Positions 26,749 to 39,962 of a stretch of DNA of 64,000 nt are shown here, piece after piece (positions within the stretch are counted from its first letter, which is position 1; each line of letters starts with the position of its first letter). Below the pieces are notes generated by a model. The model did not search any database and was not told the origin of the DNA. It saw only the letters and a program-made list of their open reading frames with translations. The stretch spans positions 138,074,001 to 138,138,000 of the forward strand of contig OX597816.1 of the NCBI GenBank assembly GCA_951406725.2, given 5' to 3'. The DNA is from Octopus vulgaris (taxonomy: Eukaryota). Position numbers and translations under genes: made by a program.

Positions 26749-29579
26749 AGAATATTAGAGTCGATGATAGTAGTAGCAGCAGCAGTAGTAATGGTAGTAG
26801 TAGTGGTGGTGGTTGTAATTGTGGTTGTAGTAGTAGTGATGGTAGTAGTAGCATCAGCAGCAGCAGTAGTAGTAGTAGTAGTTGTAGATGCAGCTGCTGC
26901 ATTTGTGGTGTGGTACCAGCATAAGCATAAGGTTGATTACGAAAACAACACCAACACCAACAGTATACATAGAGTAATACACACAAAAAAAAAACAAGAA
27001 AAGACAGAAACAAAAACAAATAAGGTAGGAAACGAACAACAGAAGAACATAAATGTGATTAACGAGAATTGTTTGTAGGGGATGAAAGAAATGCCGAGTT
27101 GAAAATATTAGAAAGAAATAATAATGTTGAGTACAATGTCATTTGTTTATCTTCAAGTCTATCTCCACACAATTCCTACCTCCGCCCAGAGAGTAATTGG
27201 TTTTCGCTGATATTACTGAAACTTTGCGACTCTGTAATAATTGTTGCTTCTCTACTTAATAACGCGTTTCTTTTCTCTGTTTCCCTCTCTTTTTTCTCTC
27301 ACTCTGTCTTCTTTGATGTCGATAACAATAAATGAACAGTAAATGAAAAAAAAATAATAAATAGATAAATAAAAATAACAGAAAATTAAAAACGACACAC
27401 ATACAAATACACTAGATGTGCTCATATCTTTGGCTTTTTTTTTTGTTTTTTTCTTTGTTTTTTCTTTTTTATCTGTTATAAAACGTGACTGAAACAAAAA
27501 TTAATTTCTTAGAAAGACAAAATATAAAGTAAAAAAAAAAACTATTTAAAAAATAATAACAAACAACATATAAAGATCTTGAGTGTTAACATTGCTATAT
27601 TTCAATATTGCTGAGGAACCATACTTGACTCATTACGGGAATATTCGTTCTTGTCGAGAAAATCACAAAAAACAATCTGATTTCGTTTTGTCTTCTGGTA
27701 GCAATTTTCTCACGGATGTTCCTTGATATAAAGACACATGCATATCAAGCGTTCAAGAATAAATTGTTCTTTTACGATATATTTATTTATATACTGAGAT
27801 CAAGTGATCCTTATCTATTCGGTTCAATTTGAAAAACAGCCATTTGGTTGAAATAGTGTACCTGTTATTTTAGATATTCCTTTCAAGTTTTGGCACAAGG
27901 CTAGCAGTTTTAGAGTAGGGATAGGTTGATTAGGTCACCCCCACTAGTGCTCAACTGGTATTTATTTTATCGACCCCGAAAGGGATAAAAGGTAGAGTTG
28001 ACATTGGTGGAGTTTGAACTCAGCACGTAAATCCGTACAAAATACTGCTAAACTTTTTGTCCAGCGTGATATAACGATCTTACCAACTCGCCTCCTTCAC
28101 GTTACTTTGAATATTATTAGAGTTTAAACCCCACTTAATTCACAATGCATAAAAGCAGTTTTTCACAAAGAGGGTTACGAAGAACCCTATAGGTTTCTAA
28201 AAAAATTCTCTGATTCTGCGAGAAAAGATGTTTTCAATAAAATTTAATCAAATGTTATTTTATTAAACAAATGTTAGTTACTATTTTCAAAATAAGAACT
28301 TATTGCATTTATCTCATTTTCTTAAATACGTTCTACCCCTGAACGATTTTTGGTTTTTCGATTTAAGTTTTTATGATTTAATGAAATTATGGTGGTGGTA
28401 GGTTTTCATAAAACAGAATTATGGATCCCTCGATTTTATTTTTCTTGTTTGAAATTCGCTTTAAGTTTCCACGTCAAAAAGTCTTGTAGTCGTCGTATTA
28501 GATAATCATAATGGAAAATGTTCACCTGTTACTATACCATACATTTTTTCACACGTTAAGTATTTGAAAACATACTCCAATGTATTATATATTTTTTTCA
28601 AGGATGGTAGTATGTAAGTTGATGTAGATTTGACTACTATTCCTACAAGAAGATTGACTGCGCTTCTTGTTTCCCTTTTAAATATCGTAATTGTATTATT
28701 AGGAGCATAATTATAATTATAAATATAAATAGAAGGCTGTGAGGTGGCTGTATTGGTAGCACGCCAGACAAAAATACTTACTGACATTTCGTCCGTCTTT
28801 ACGCTCTGAGTTCAAATTCCGCCGAGGTCTACATTGTCTTTCACATTTTTACGGGATCGATAAGATAAGTAAGTACCAGTAATTAACTTAACCGCTCCTC
28901 GAAATTGCTGGGCGTGTGCCGAAATTTGAAACCAATATTAATAACAGAATCGTTAGCACGCTGGGCAAAATGCTTCGCAGCATTTCGTCTGGTTTCATGC
29001 TCTGAGTTCAGGTCCATCGGGGTCATTTTTGCGTTTCATCCTTTAGGGGCCGGTAACATAAGTACCAGTTGAACACCGGGATGTTCAATTAAAGGTAACT
29101 TCCATTAATTTTTCTTGCACGTTATCAAATTAATTAATTTTATATAGATAAAGTCACTCTGTCGTATTTCAATTTTGTGTTTCTGACAAATAGAAACCAC
29201 CCCATTTTTCAACATGAGCTATTATCTATTTGAACTATTGCTCTCATAGAAATTGCCATTTAATGGCTATGAAGCACTTACACTATTTATTGTCACTCCG
29301 AAAGTGATTGCCTGAAAGTCTAAACTATCGTATCCATTCGGATACATCTACTCTAGTACTCAATACAGCATCTGGATGTTATTTTATAAATTCGCTATCA
29401 ACTCGGGTATGGCATAGCTTCTTGTCAAAATCGTCCCTTTGCACAAGTGTGTTTTTGGATTCAATCCCATTGCGTGACACCTTGGTTAAATGTTTTCTAC
29501 TATAGCCAAAGACCGACCAATAGTTTGTGAGTGAACTTCGGAGATAAAAACTGTGCAGAGGTTTGATATGTATGTACGG

Positions 29580-29620
<41 letters not shown>

Positions 29621-29871
29621 CATGTGTGTAGGTACGTGCGTTACCATCTTTTCGCTTGACTCATTTATTTTTCACTCGAAATAATTCAAAATAAATAGCG
29701 GTTTGTTTACCTGGCCACGTGCGATACTATTGGCTCCTATGTTGAGAACGTTTAAAGGTACTGCCATATCACTTTCAGACTAAGAAAAAAAATCAAAGCA
29801 AAAGCATATTAAGTGTAACCCTTGCATTTGTGTATATAAACAAAATAAGACTCACGCACACACACTCTCTC

Positions 29872-30007
<136 letters not shown>

Positions 30008-30145
30008 AATATATATATATATACACACACATACACACATACTGATCGAGTTAGTTTCTTGCTACTCTGAGTGCAAAGGGTGTTCAGACAGATAACTACA
30101 TATATATATATATATATATATAATACATAATATATATATCTATAC

Positions 30146-30204
<59 letters not shown>

Positions 30205-30206
<2 letters not shown>

Positions 30207-30560
30207 TACAGGATACCACAAATAGACGTAGAACTCAACGAGAAACGAAAACATAAAAACAAACATGGAAGCGGACTTTTTTTAACAACGAAAAAACAGA
30301 GTACAAGACAAACAATACAAGGAATATTCCCCTTCATCAGCTGTCCCTGGTTCGACTCAATGCGTATTTCGAAGGTAAGGACAGAACACGACCCGTCGAA
30401 ATAATCCTTCCTGCAAAAGAATTAAATAAAATTCCTTTGCAGAGGGGTAAAAACAAGGAAAGAAAAAAATGTGACAAGAACAGGACGTAAAAGCAATACT
30501 GCTTTTACGTCCTGTTCTTGTCACATTTTCGTTTCATTTCTTTTCTTTTCTCCATGTAAG
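30205..30560 (-). mobile_element. Element family 1 copy with terminal 30-bp perfect hairpin, inside (TA)n
   Basis: Homologous to 13455-13780; perfect inverted repeat 30466-30495 / 30500-30529. Confidence 0.8.
30329..30390 (-). ncRNA. Non-circularly permuted hammerhead, family 1 (core intact)
   Basis: CGUG UU^ CUGUCC uua cCUUC GAAA UACG (16 nt) GGACAG CUGAUGA a GGGG. Stem I is C-G here where the other copies have U-A. Confidence 0.75.
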
Positions 30561-30605
<45 letters not shown>

Positions 30606-30698
30606 AAACCATCTAATATATATATATATAAATATATGTAGGTCCCGGGTTGAGTAACCACAGTAAATAAGGTACTCAATACATAGCAGAGTAAATTA

Positions 30699-30820
30699 AT
30701 TTATTTTATAGAAGGAGCTTCTACAGGACTAGAACTGTTTCATTCAAAAGAAAGCTTCCTGATGATTTCTTTTGAATGAAACAGTTCTAGTCCTGTAGAA
30801 GCTCCTTCTATAAAATAAAT
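30699..30820. repeat. Perfect 55-bp inverted repeat with 12-nt spacer
   Basis: 30699-30753 is the reverse complement of 30766-30820; spacer GCTTCCTGATGA. Confidence 0.95.
30753..30803 (+). ncRNA. Type I hammerhead candidate
   Basis: AGCUUC CUGAUGA u UUC uuuu GAA u GAAA CAG uucuaguc CUG UA^ GAAGCU. Stem I 6 bp, stem III 4 bp, weak stem II. Confidence 0.65.
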
Positions 30821-30840
30821 ATATATAAATATATATATAT

Positions 30841-30898
<58 letters not shown>

Positions 30899-30905
30899 GT
30901 TATAT

Positions 30906-30992
<87 letters not shown>

Positions 30993-31074
30993 GGAGAATT
31001 CACAAAAAAAAGACGAAGACAAGTGGTGCAGACAACAAACAGATGTATTAGTTTAACGCTCGGGAAGTTAAGAA

Positions 31075-31110
31075 GTCTTTAACGTTTCGAGCCTATGCTC
31101 TTCCACAGAA
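31075..31110 (-). ncRNA. Minimal hammerhead-like motif with U6 (second copy)
   Basis: UU CUGUGGA a GAGC auag GCUC GAAA CG UU^ AAAGAC; 5'-truncated. Confidence 0.45.
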
Positions 31111-31140
31111 CTATAAAAGAAGTACAATAACAACAACAAC

Positions 31141-31224
<84 letters not shown>

Positions 31225-31243
31225 AGAACAATGACGGTGTTAT

Positions 31244-31289
<46 letters not shown>

Positions 31290-31345
31290 CATACATACAT
31301 ACATGCATACATATACTCACATGTACGCGTGCACGTACACACACT

Positions 31346-31447
<102 letters not shown>

Positions 31448-32293
31448 GAAAGCTGAATAGTCACTGGTATGTGAGCAAAGCTCCAATGTGAGACGCATCT
31501 ATACCGAAATAGTTTTCTAGCTCTAAATACAAAAACAAAAAAAAAAAAATAATAATTGATATTCAATTTTAGGATATGCTACAGACATATAATTCCCTTG
31601 GAAGATTTCTAACAAAACTAGGAATTGTAAAAATTTTTACATGCCATTAAGAAACTTGATTATTATTTTTTTTTCTTCTTTCAAAAGGGACTCCGTTGAC
31701 AACGTTGATCTTATTTCATTAAACTGGCATTTGCGTATTTACTTTTCTTACATGACAACATAGTTTCAGAATTTCTAAGAACTGCCATGTTAGCAGATAA
31801 CTTTTGCTGAAGTACGTTCTGCAAAAATTGAGTTTGGTTTGGTGTATTAGACACGGACAAGTCCCAGTATCACGAACTTTGGTGAGTCTAAGATAAATAC
31901 ACATTTTTATAACAACTATTGGCGCTAATCTCTTAATATGTTTGTATATTTTTCTAATACTGTTCGGCTAACCATCATCATCATCATCATCATCATCAAA
32001 ATCATCATTATTATTATTATTATAGTTGTTTCTGTTTTTGTTTTTGTAGTTGCTGCCATAAATAAAAATGTGATGATTGACAGCACAGCCTAAACAAACA
32101 CCATTCTAATCCGACTACAATACTTCTTAACGCTGTGAATTATTATTATAAATATAAACACAAACAATAGTCTGACATCTCAACAGATTGGTCTAAACAA
32201 TGCTAACTGCTGTACTTGACAACTACATTACAATCATACCAACACATTCGTACAATTCCTCACGCTCACATTCTTACACATTCTTACACATTC

Positions 32294-32326
<33 letters not shown>

Positions 32327-32423
32327 ATGTATGTATGTATGTATGTATGTATGTATGTATGGATGGATGGATGGATGGATGGATGTGCGTGTGTGTATGT
32401 ATGTATGTATGTATGTATGTATG

Positions 32424-32502
<79 letters not shown>

Positions 32503-32608
32503 GTTTATATATGTACATATATACAAATGTATATATTCGTATAAATAACTATGCATGTTTGTATGCATATATGTATTTATATATCCCTCTCTATCTATCA
32601 ATCAATCA

Positions 32609-32742
<134 letters not shown>

Positions 32743-32781
32743 ATGTCTGTCTGATTGTCTGTCTGTCTGTCTGTCTATCTA

Positions 32782-32830
<49 letters not shown>

Positions 32831-33336
32831 TATATATATATACATACATATACATACATATATATATAGATATATACACACACAGTTATACACACACTCG
32901 CATGCATACATACATACGTAATACTTATATACATAATACATACTTACATATGCAGATGCCTATGGAGGACAAATCGAAATGGAACATGGAAACGATTAAC
33001 GGAAAAGGACAAAAAATATAAAAAACAACAAATAAAGATGGAATTCCTCACATCAGCAATGGAGGTCAAATTCAGCTAGTTTTGGTGCATTTAAAATTAA
33101 AAGACCTTAAATTCCATGGGGGTATTCTTGTGGTTTCCACAGTGATGCTGGGGATATCATTGAAGTGATGGAAAAACAAGTAAGTGTAACGATACACAAA
33201 GAATACTGTGAAATAGCGATACATGCCATCCACGTTCTCTTCCGAGACGGATTCATTTCGGCTTGCTTTGAAATATACTGTGTTTCTTAAAACTATACAT
33301 CTTTAAACAGATCTCCCTTAGATGAAATACCGCAGC

Positions 33337-33410
<74 letters not shown>

Positions 33411-33440
33411 TGTGTGTATATCTATATAGATATATATATG

Positions 33441-33818
33441 TTGCTTAACAACCAGACGGTTTCGGGTTCAGTCCCACCGCGTGGAACCTTGGGCAAGTGT
33501 GTTCTACTATAGCCTAGAGCCGACCAAAACCTTGTAAGTGGATTTGGTAGACGGAAACTGAAAGAAGCCCGTCGTATATATGTGTATATATGTGTGTGTG
33601 TTTGTATGTCTGTGTTTGACTCCCCAGCATCGCTTGACAACCGATGCTGGTGTGTTTACGTTCCCGTAACTTAACGGTTCGGCAAAAGAGACCGATAGAA
33701 TAAGTACTAGGTTTACAAAGAATAACTCCTGCGGTCGATTTGCTCGACTAAAGGCGGTGCTCCAGCATGTCCGCAGTCAAATGACTGAAACAAATAAAAG
33801 AGTAAAAAAGGTAAAAGA
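33441..33818 (+). mobile_element. SINE family C (CORE-like CCTTGGGCAAGT block)
   Basis: GGTTCAGTCCC B-box-like, internal (TG)n, GTAAAA tail. Further copies at ~3505-3640, 16525-16700, 37398-37560, 37790-38137, 40550-40740, 41215-41375, 47053-47420, 58975-59170. Confidence 0.8.
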
Positions 33819-33901
33819 ATATATATATACACACATATACATACATACACCCCCCATATATATATATATATATACTTTATTTAAAAGCAGCAGAAATTCA
33901 A

Positions 33902-33950
33902 CAAAACCTGTTACTCGGAGTTTCACGTTCCCGTTCGTCGGATAGTTTTG
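33902..33950 (-). ncRNA. Type I hammerhead-like motif with C at core position 4
   Basis: CAAAACUaU CCGACGA ACG ggaa CGU GAAA CUC c GAG UA^ AcAG g UUUUG; occupies a ~90-bp island between (TA)n tracts. Confidence 0.6.
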
Positions 33951-33958
33951 TTTACTCT

Positions 33959-34010
<52 letters not shown>

Positions 34011-34013
<3 letters not shown>

Positions 34014-34535
34014 AGGGACAGGCAACAGGTTGCTCAGCCACATACCGAAAAATTAGAAATAGCAGTCAAAGACTGTTCATTTCTATTTTCTACAAATAAG
34101 ACTCCGAATTTTTCATTCCCTTATGACAAACCATATTTCTATTTCTAAGGAACTATTTTTGTGACGTACATGGTAAAATTTTGGAGGGAAAGTACGAATT
34201 CATTCGTCTATATGGATTTGGCTTTTGCTAGCTATCTTCTACTATTCCGATGACGCTGGCTCGGTAAGCGGAGGGTATGTATAGCATTTGAGAATCCTAT
34301 CAGAGTGGAATGTTATGTTGAGAAAGGAAATGAATTGATTTATAATTCTAATCCAGAAACGCGTCCGTAACTAACCCATAGACTTTGTTTTCGTTAATTT
34401 TTCCTTCTGTTTTACATATGTGAATTACATGGATATGTTGTATGTGGAGTCTTATTTGTAGAAAATAGAAATACACAGTCTTTGACTGCTATTTCTAATT
34501 TTTCGGTATGTGACTGAGCAACCTGTTGCCTGCCC

Positions 34536-34540
<5 letters not shown>
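34011..34540. mobile_element. Foldback/MITE-like element, 66-bp TIRs, in (TA)n
   Basis: 34011-34076 vs 34475-34540 match at 64 of 66 positions. Confidence 0.85.
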
Positions 34541-34611
<71 letters not shown>

Positions 34612-35749
34612 CTTTTTTTTAAAAAAAAGTTCCTACCGATAATGGTTATATTTACACACCGAAATCTACCCGAAAATAATTGCTGTCTTTTTTAAAAATT
34701 AATATTTATTTACCCTTATATTATTAATAATGGAACATACATATATTCATAAGTTAACTGGAGGATATATTAACCTATTAAAGGGTTGATAACATCGAAG
34801 AAAACATTGGTTCTTATGACACTTATGTCTTTGGAAAATAAAATTTCCCTAAATCCATACTTATATATTTAGTATATAATCCTTATTAAAGTAAGAGAAG
34901 AAAATGGAGAGTTAGTAGTTAATATTTATTTATTAATAAATTGATAATCATTTCTTCCTACAGCTGTTTCCATTTATACTCATTGAATGAATTTGTAATT
35001 TATTCAAGTGCTGTCCGCAATTGGTGTCAGTAATATCCTTTAAAACAATATCTTTTGACACGCTTTAGTAGAATTTCTTTTCATAATTTAGTCCAAGAAG
35101 AAAGGAGAGAATTTAGTTTTTGAATTTATTCCTTCCAGTTTTGAATTTATTCGCAGATCTTTCGAGACCGCCACGCTTATCTGGTTGGTATTTTATACGA
35201 ACATCTCTAGGTTGATGCATACTGGGAAAAGTGGGCAAGTAAAAATTTCTAAGATGGCTCCAACTCCAAAAATGAAGTTTTATCTAGTGAGGGTTTTTTG
35301 AAAAAAAACGGTGTGAATAAGGGTGAGAGCGGAAGGTACAGAAATTGAATGTTTTTGAATAAGAGTGACGCGGTTTGCTAATTTAGGTGAACGGAGGTTA
35401 TTAGTATAGCAAAAATTATATATCGCATACAATCAATGTCTTAGTGATTTTAATATGATGACAATTATTGTCAGATTTTGACAGAACTTTCGTGGAATTT
35501 TATTAATGTGGTTTGGAATGCCTGTGAGTATGCAACAGAAGTATTTTGCCGTTGTATATAAGCAGTACTATAGTGTGGTGCACTCATTCACCTTGCAACA
35601 GCCCAGTAGATATTAAGATCTTAAGTACTTTGTGGCTCTTCATAAAAGAATTCATCTTTGAAATTCAGTTGCTGAGGGTGTCATTAATATACCAAACTAC
35701 AAATGCTCCTTTTACAATATTGCTACCGCACAAAAAATTGGAAACTAAT

Positions 35750-36255
35750 AAGGGAGACCGGGTCTAGTTGTTACACGGGAAAGTTGTTACAAGTCCATTG
35801 TCTCCGACTTCAAGAAATAGGTGGCACTGGGGTCTCTACCTAGTGAAGGCCAACTCCATAGCATCATGACTGCACATGTGTATTGCACTGGCGGGCTGTC
35901 ACCAGGAAAGCTATGGCTCAAAAAACGATTTTTTACCCCAAAAGTGAAATTTTGCCACAAAGTTATTTTCTTAACTACTAAAGCACAAGTGGTGCTATTG
36001 AAGTAGTTTGTGGCTCTTTAGGAAGTGTTGAAAATTGTCTTCGATACATGAGGGTGTGTCCTGAATGCCATGCATTGCTAGTGCTGTGTACGAGGTAATC
36101 CTCAGAAATCCATGGTCAGGGCTGTTACAGTGTATCAACTTATCTCAGGCATGTAACAACTTACCCCTTTTATTTCAGTTTAGCACGCCATGCCTAGAAA
36201 TTACAAAAGGAAGACTACAAGGGGGAGGGTACCCCTCCTGATATCATGGAAAGAA
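35750..36255 (+). mobile_element. 5' end of a pogo-like DNA transposon
   Basis: GGGAGACCGGGTCTAGTTG start, repeated AAGTTGTTACA motifs, and ATG at 36190 encoding MPRNYKRKTTRG, typical of HTH-psq transposase N-termini; truncated. Confidence 0.5.
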
Positions 36256-38033
36256 ATCATTATGGGATGTTGCCGTAAAATAGCGCTACGCATTTCACCC
36301 GGTGTGCTAATGTTTCTGCCAGCTCGCCGCCTGAACTTTTCATCCTTTCGGGATCGATGAATTAAGTACCAGTTCTGTACTGAGGTCGATCTAGTCGATT
36401 GGTCCCCTCCCCCCAAATTTCGAGCTTTGTGCCTAAGGACGCAGCAACTTCCTTCTATGTATTATTTTGCGTGCTTTAACAAAATCCTTGTGTTTGGAAG
36501 AATATTAGAGCATGGTTGTTTGAATTGTGCTGGAATGAAAACAAAATAAAGCAAAATGCAGTGAGTAAACAAAAAACAAAAGCAGTTATATTTCATGAAT
36601 CGACATTATAGTCATTCACATTCCCAATAAACTGATATTATCATTATTCATTATGCAGACACCCGTCTTTCAGTTTTGGTTTGTCTCATCAATCACAGAA
36701 TCATCAGTGGACAAACGGACAAGACATTTAACAAATATTGGCAAGAAATCTTTAGAAAATATCTGATTTCTTGTAACAAGCTTTCTGCGGCAATATTTGT
36801 CAATATAGAGAATCCGCAGACAGTGGGTCTTCTCTCTGATAACATATCAAATGACAACGAGTGATGAGTAAAAATAGTGCCGTAGTTAAGGACAAATATT
36901 ACTGATTATCATTAACTGATACCAAAGAAATTTAGCAGATTATGACATATATGCAATATTTCAGAAATCTATCTGCAGTATCTCTTATTAGAAAAACAGA
37001 AAAACATGAAATAATAAATGACAGGCATTCTCGATTTAAATGTCCTATACTGTATGTAACCAGAGAATTTCAAACCCTATGAGATAAGGCAACTGTCTCA
37101 TGTGATACTGTAGCAGAATAAACAAAATGTTCGTTAATGTCAAATAACTCTTGACCTGATATTCCAGGTAGAGCAATATTTTGAAATCTAATAGATATTA
37201 CAATTAACGTCTCTCTTTTATCAATATAGATATGGACAAAATATTATTTCAGTGTATTTTCAATACCGGAAAAAATCATTGATAATAATTGCTGTTATTA
37301 GTAATGGTACGTAATTATTATTCTAGTGTGTTATTGGTCTTTATGCATATATAGATGTTACGTCAGTGAATAATCAATAGAGTACAATTCCTATATATAG
37401 GCGCAGTCACACGTTGTCGCTAAGAACTTCTCTTTGCAAGCACTCGACCGCTGTTTGAGTCCGACTGCGTTGCACTTCAGGCATGCATCGTCTACTTCGC
37501 CTCGGGCCAGCCAGCATCTTGTGGATGAAGCTAGATGGCAATTGTTACAAAGACCATTCTGTGTGTATCTGTACGCGCGCGTGTGTGGTTCCAAATTATA
37601 CGAAACTCAAAAACAAGACAAACACATGTGAGGGAACAACAAAAAAAGTATATTAGCTTGACACTCAGGAAAAATAGAAGTCGTTGACGTTTCGAGCCTA
37701 CTCTCTATCCTCTCCCCATCCGACAGAAAACAAATGAAGATAGAGGAAAGGAAAAGAGAGTGTCTGGGTTAACGGTTGCATATGTATGTACTCTTTTATT
37801 CTTCTACATGTTTCAGTCATTTGGCTGTGGCCATGTTGGAGCACCGCATTGAAGAGTTTTAGTCGAAGAAATCAACCGCAGGACTTATGCTTTAAGCCTA
37901 GTACTTATTTTATCGGTACCTTTTGACGAATCGCTAAGTTACGGGGACGTAAACACATCAACAGCAGTTATCAAGCGGTGATGCAGGGGAACAAACACAG
38001 ACACAAACACACACACATACACACGCACGCACG

Positions 38034-38126
<93 letters not shown>

Positions 38127-38997
38127 GACGGGCTTCTTTAATTAACACAGAAAGAAACAAGGAGAGAAAATAAAGAATGTGTAGTGGCTAGCGATCTATC
38201 ATGCCGAATGGCGGTCAATCTCCTAATTATCAACCCTGTCAATTGAGTTATAAGGAAATACTCCTCCCACAAGTTTATTTAATAGCATATTATTAATGCT
38301 ATCTACAGCAGCATTTTTTGGAGCCAGGATAGCTCGCACACAGATCGAATTTGTATTGTTGTAATTATGAAGATTAGGAAATATTTAATCTACCATTTCA
38401 TCGACGGAATCAGTTGAATTACTTATTGGTTTGAATGTAAGAAATTGTTCTTTATCAACTGGAATTCACGCTTCACCGAATTTCAAAAGCTGCTCTGCAA
38501 ATATTTCAGCTGATTAGTCTCTTGAAAGCCACGGTCTCATATAATAATTGAAGTAGAAAAAAGATCAATTTTGTATACGAACTTCTGTTTGTTTATTTTA
38601 TGATTATAATAAATAAGTTGTATGTGTTATTTTATTTATCAATACAGTAATGGCAATTATATAATACAGCTCATTCATATATGTAATTTACTCATTCTTG
38701 AATGTAATAGTAATGGTAAATTAAGTTATTGAAGTATTCAAGTTGCATTAAGAGTGAATATTTCTTTATAACGATGTTTTTGTTTTATTTCGGGGTGCAT
38801 AAGCAAATAGATTTGCTTTTGCTTCCACACGTAAGGCTCGAACATAAGTTGGCCGTGTGAAAAGCATGGTTGTTCTAGTTGCAATCCATCAGCTTTTAAT
38901 GTTTGGCCCAGATTTTATTAATACTGATGGCGAAAGAAAAACGGATAGGAAACTGTAACCGCTTAAATTGGAATGGGACATTAAATGGTATAACTAA

Positions 38998-39231
38998 GGC
39001 GGCGAGCTGGCAGAAACGTTAGCACGCCGGGCGAAATGCTTTGCGGTATTTCGTCTGCCGTTACGTTATGAGTTCAAATTCCGCCGAGGTCGACTTTGCC
39101 TTTCATCCTTTCGGGGTCGATTAAATAAGTACCAATTACGCACTGGGGTCGATATAATCGACTTAATACCTATGTTTGTCCTTGTTTGTCCCCTCTATGT
39201 TTAGCCCCTTTGTGGGTAATAAGGAAATAGG
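38998..39231 (+). mobile_element. SINE family A
   Basis: Near-consensus full head and central block. Confidence 0.85.
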
Positions 39232-39512
39232 TATAACTGGTATGCGAGGAATGAAAACGGTCTCACCTTTACCACAACCGGTGAGAATATTTTCCTCAAT
39301 GCACTTCGCCACAAGTTTGTGCACAATTAATAGATTGAGTGTAAGAAATTAGGCAATAGCATAATAGCTTCCCTTGAACATGATACTTTCATTTTGCCAG
39401 TGAAAGACAGAGACAGAATTTCGATTTCTGTATATAGAAAAACATAATAGCTTCCCCGGAGGCATTTAGTTTCATTGGACAAACAAACGAACAAACAAGC
39501 CAACGGACAGAA

Positions 39513-39617
<105 letters not shown>

Positions 39618-39903
39618 TACACGGCTGCGTTTATGTACGCATATTTGTATATGCACATACATATGAACATATATATATATATATGTATGTGTGTATATAT
39701 ATATGTATATGTATGTATATATGAATATATATATATATAAAATTTAATTTTGGCGCCGTAAAGCACTGGCTTCACTAAATATAGGAATCAAATGAACCCC
39801 TAAGCCACGTTGAGCTCATTTAAAACAAGCATAGTGAAACGCTGGCGGTGAATAAGAATTTTGTGGCTTACTTCTGCGAAAATCGCAATGAGGAATGGCA
39901 AAT

Positions 39904-39962
39904 AACTTAGTATCCATTTCTGGATTTTGGCGGCTGGGCACTTGTCCTTCATCAGCTAAGTC
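39904..39962 (-). ncRNA. Type I hammerhead candidate
   Basis: GACUUAG CUGAUGA a GGA (20 nt) UCC a GAAA U gg A UA^ CUAAGUU; 7-bp stem I. Confidence 0.6.

Noticed and set aside
30040-30095. Minus-strand CUGAACA..UUGC/GCAA..GAAA
   Set aside because: Core mismatch, extra nucleotides and missing stem I; at best a relic.
36655-36712. Minus-strand CUGAUGA...GAAA-GAC/GUC
   Set aside because: Cleavage position is G, violating the NUH rule, and stem II does not pair.
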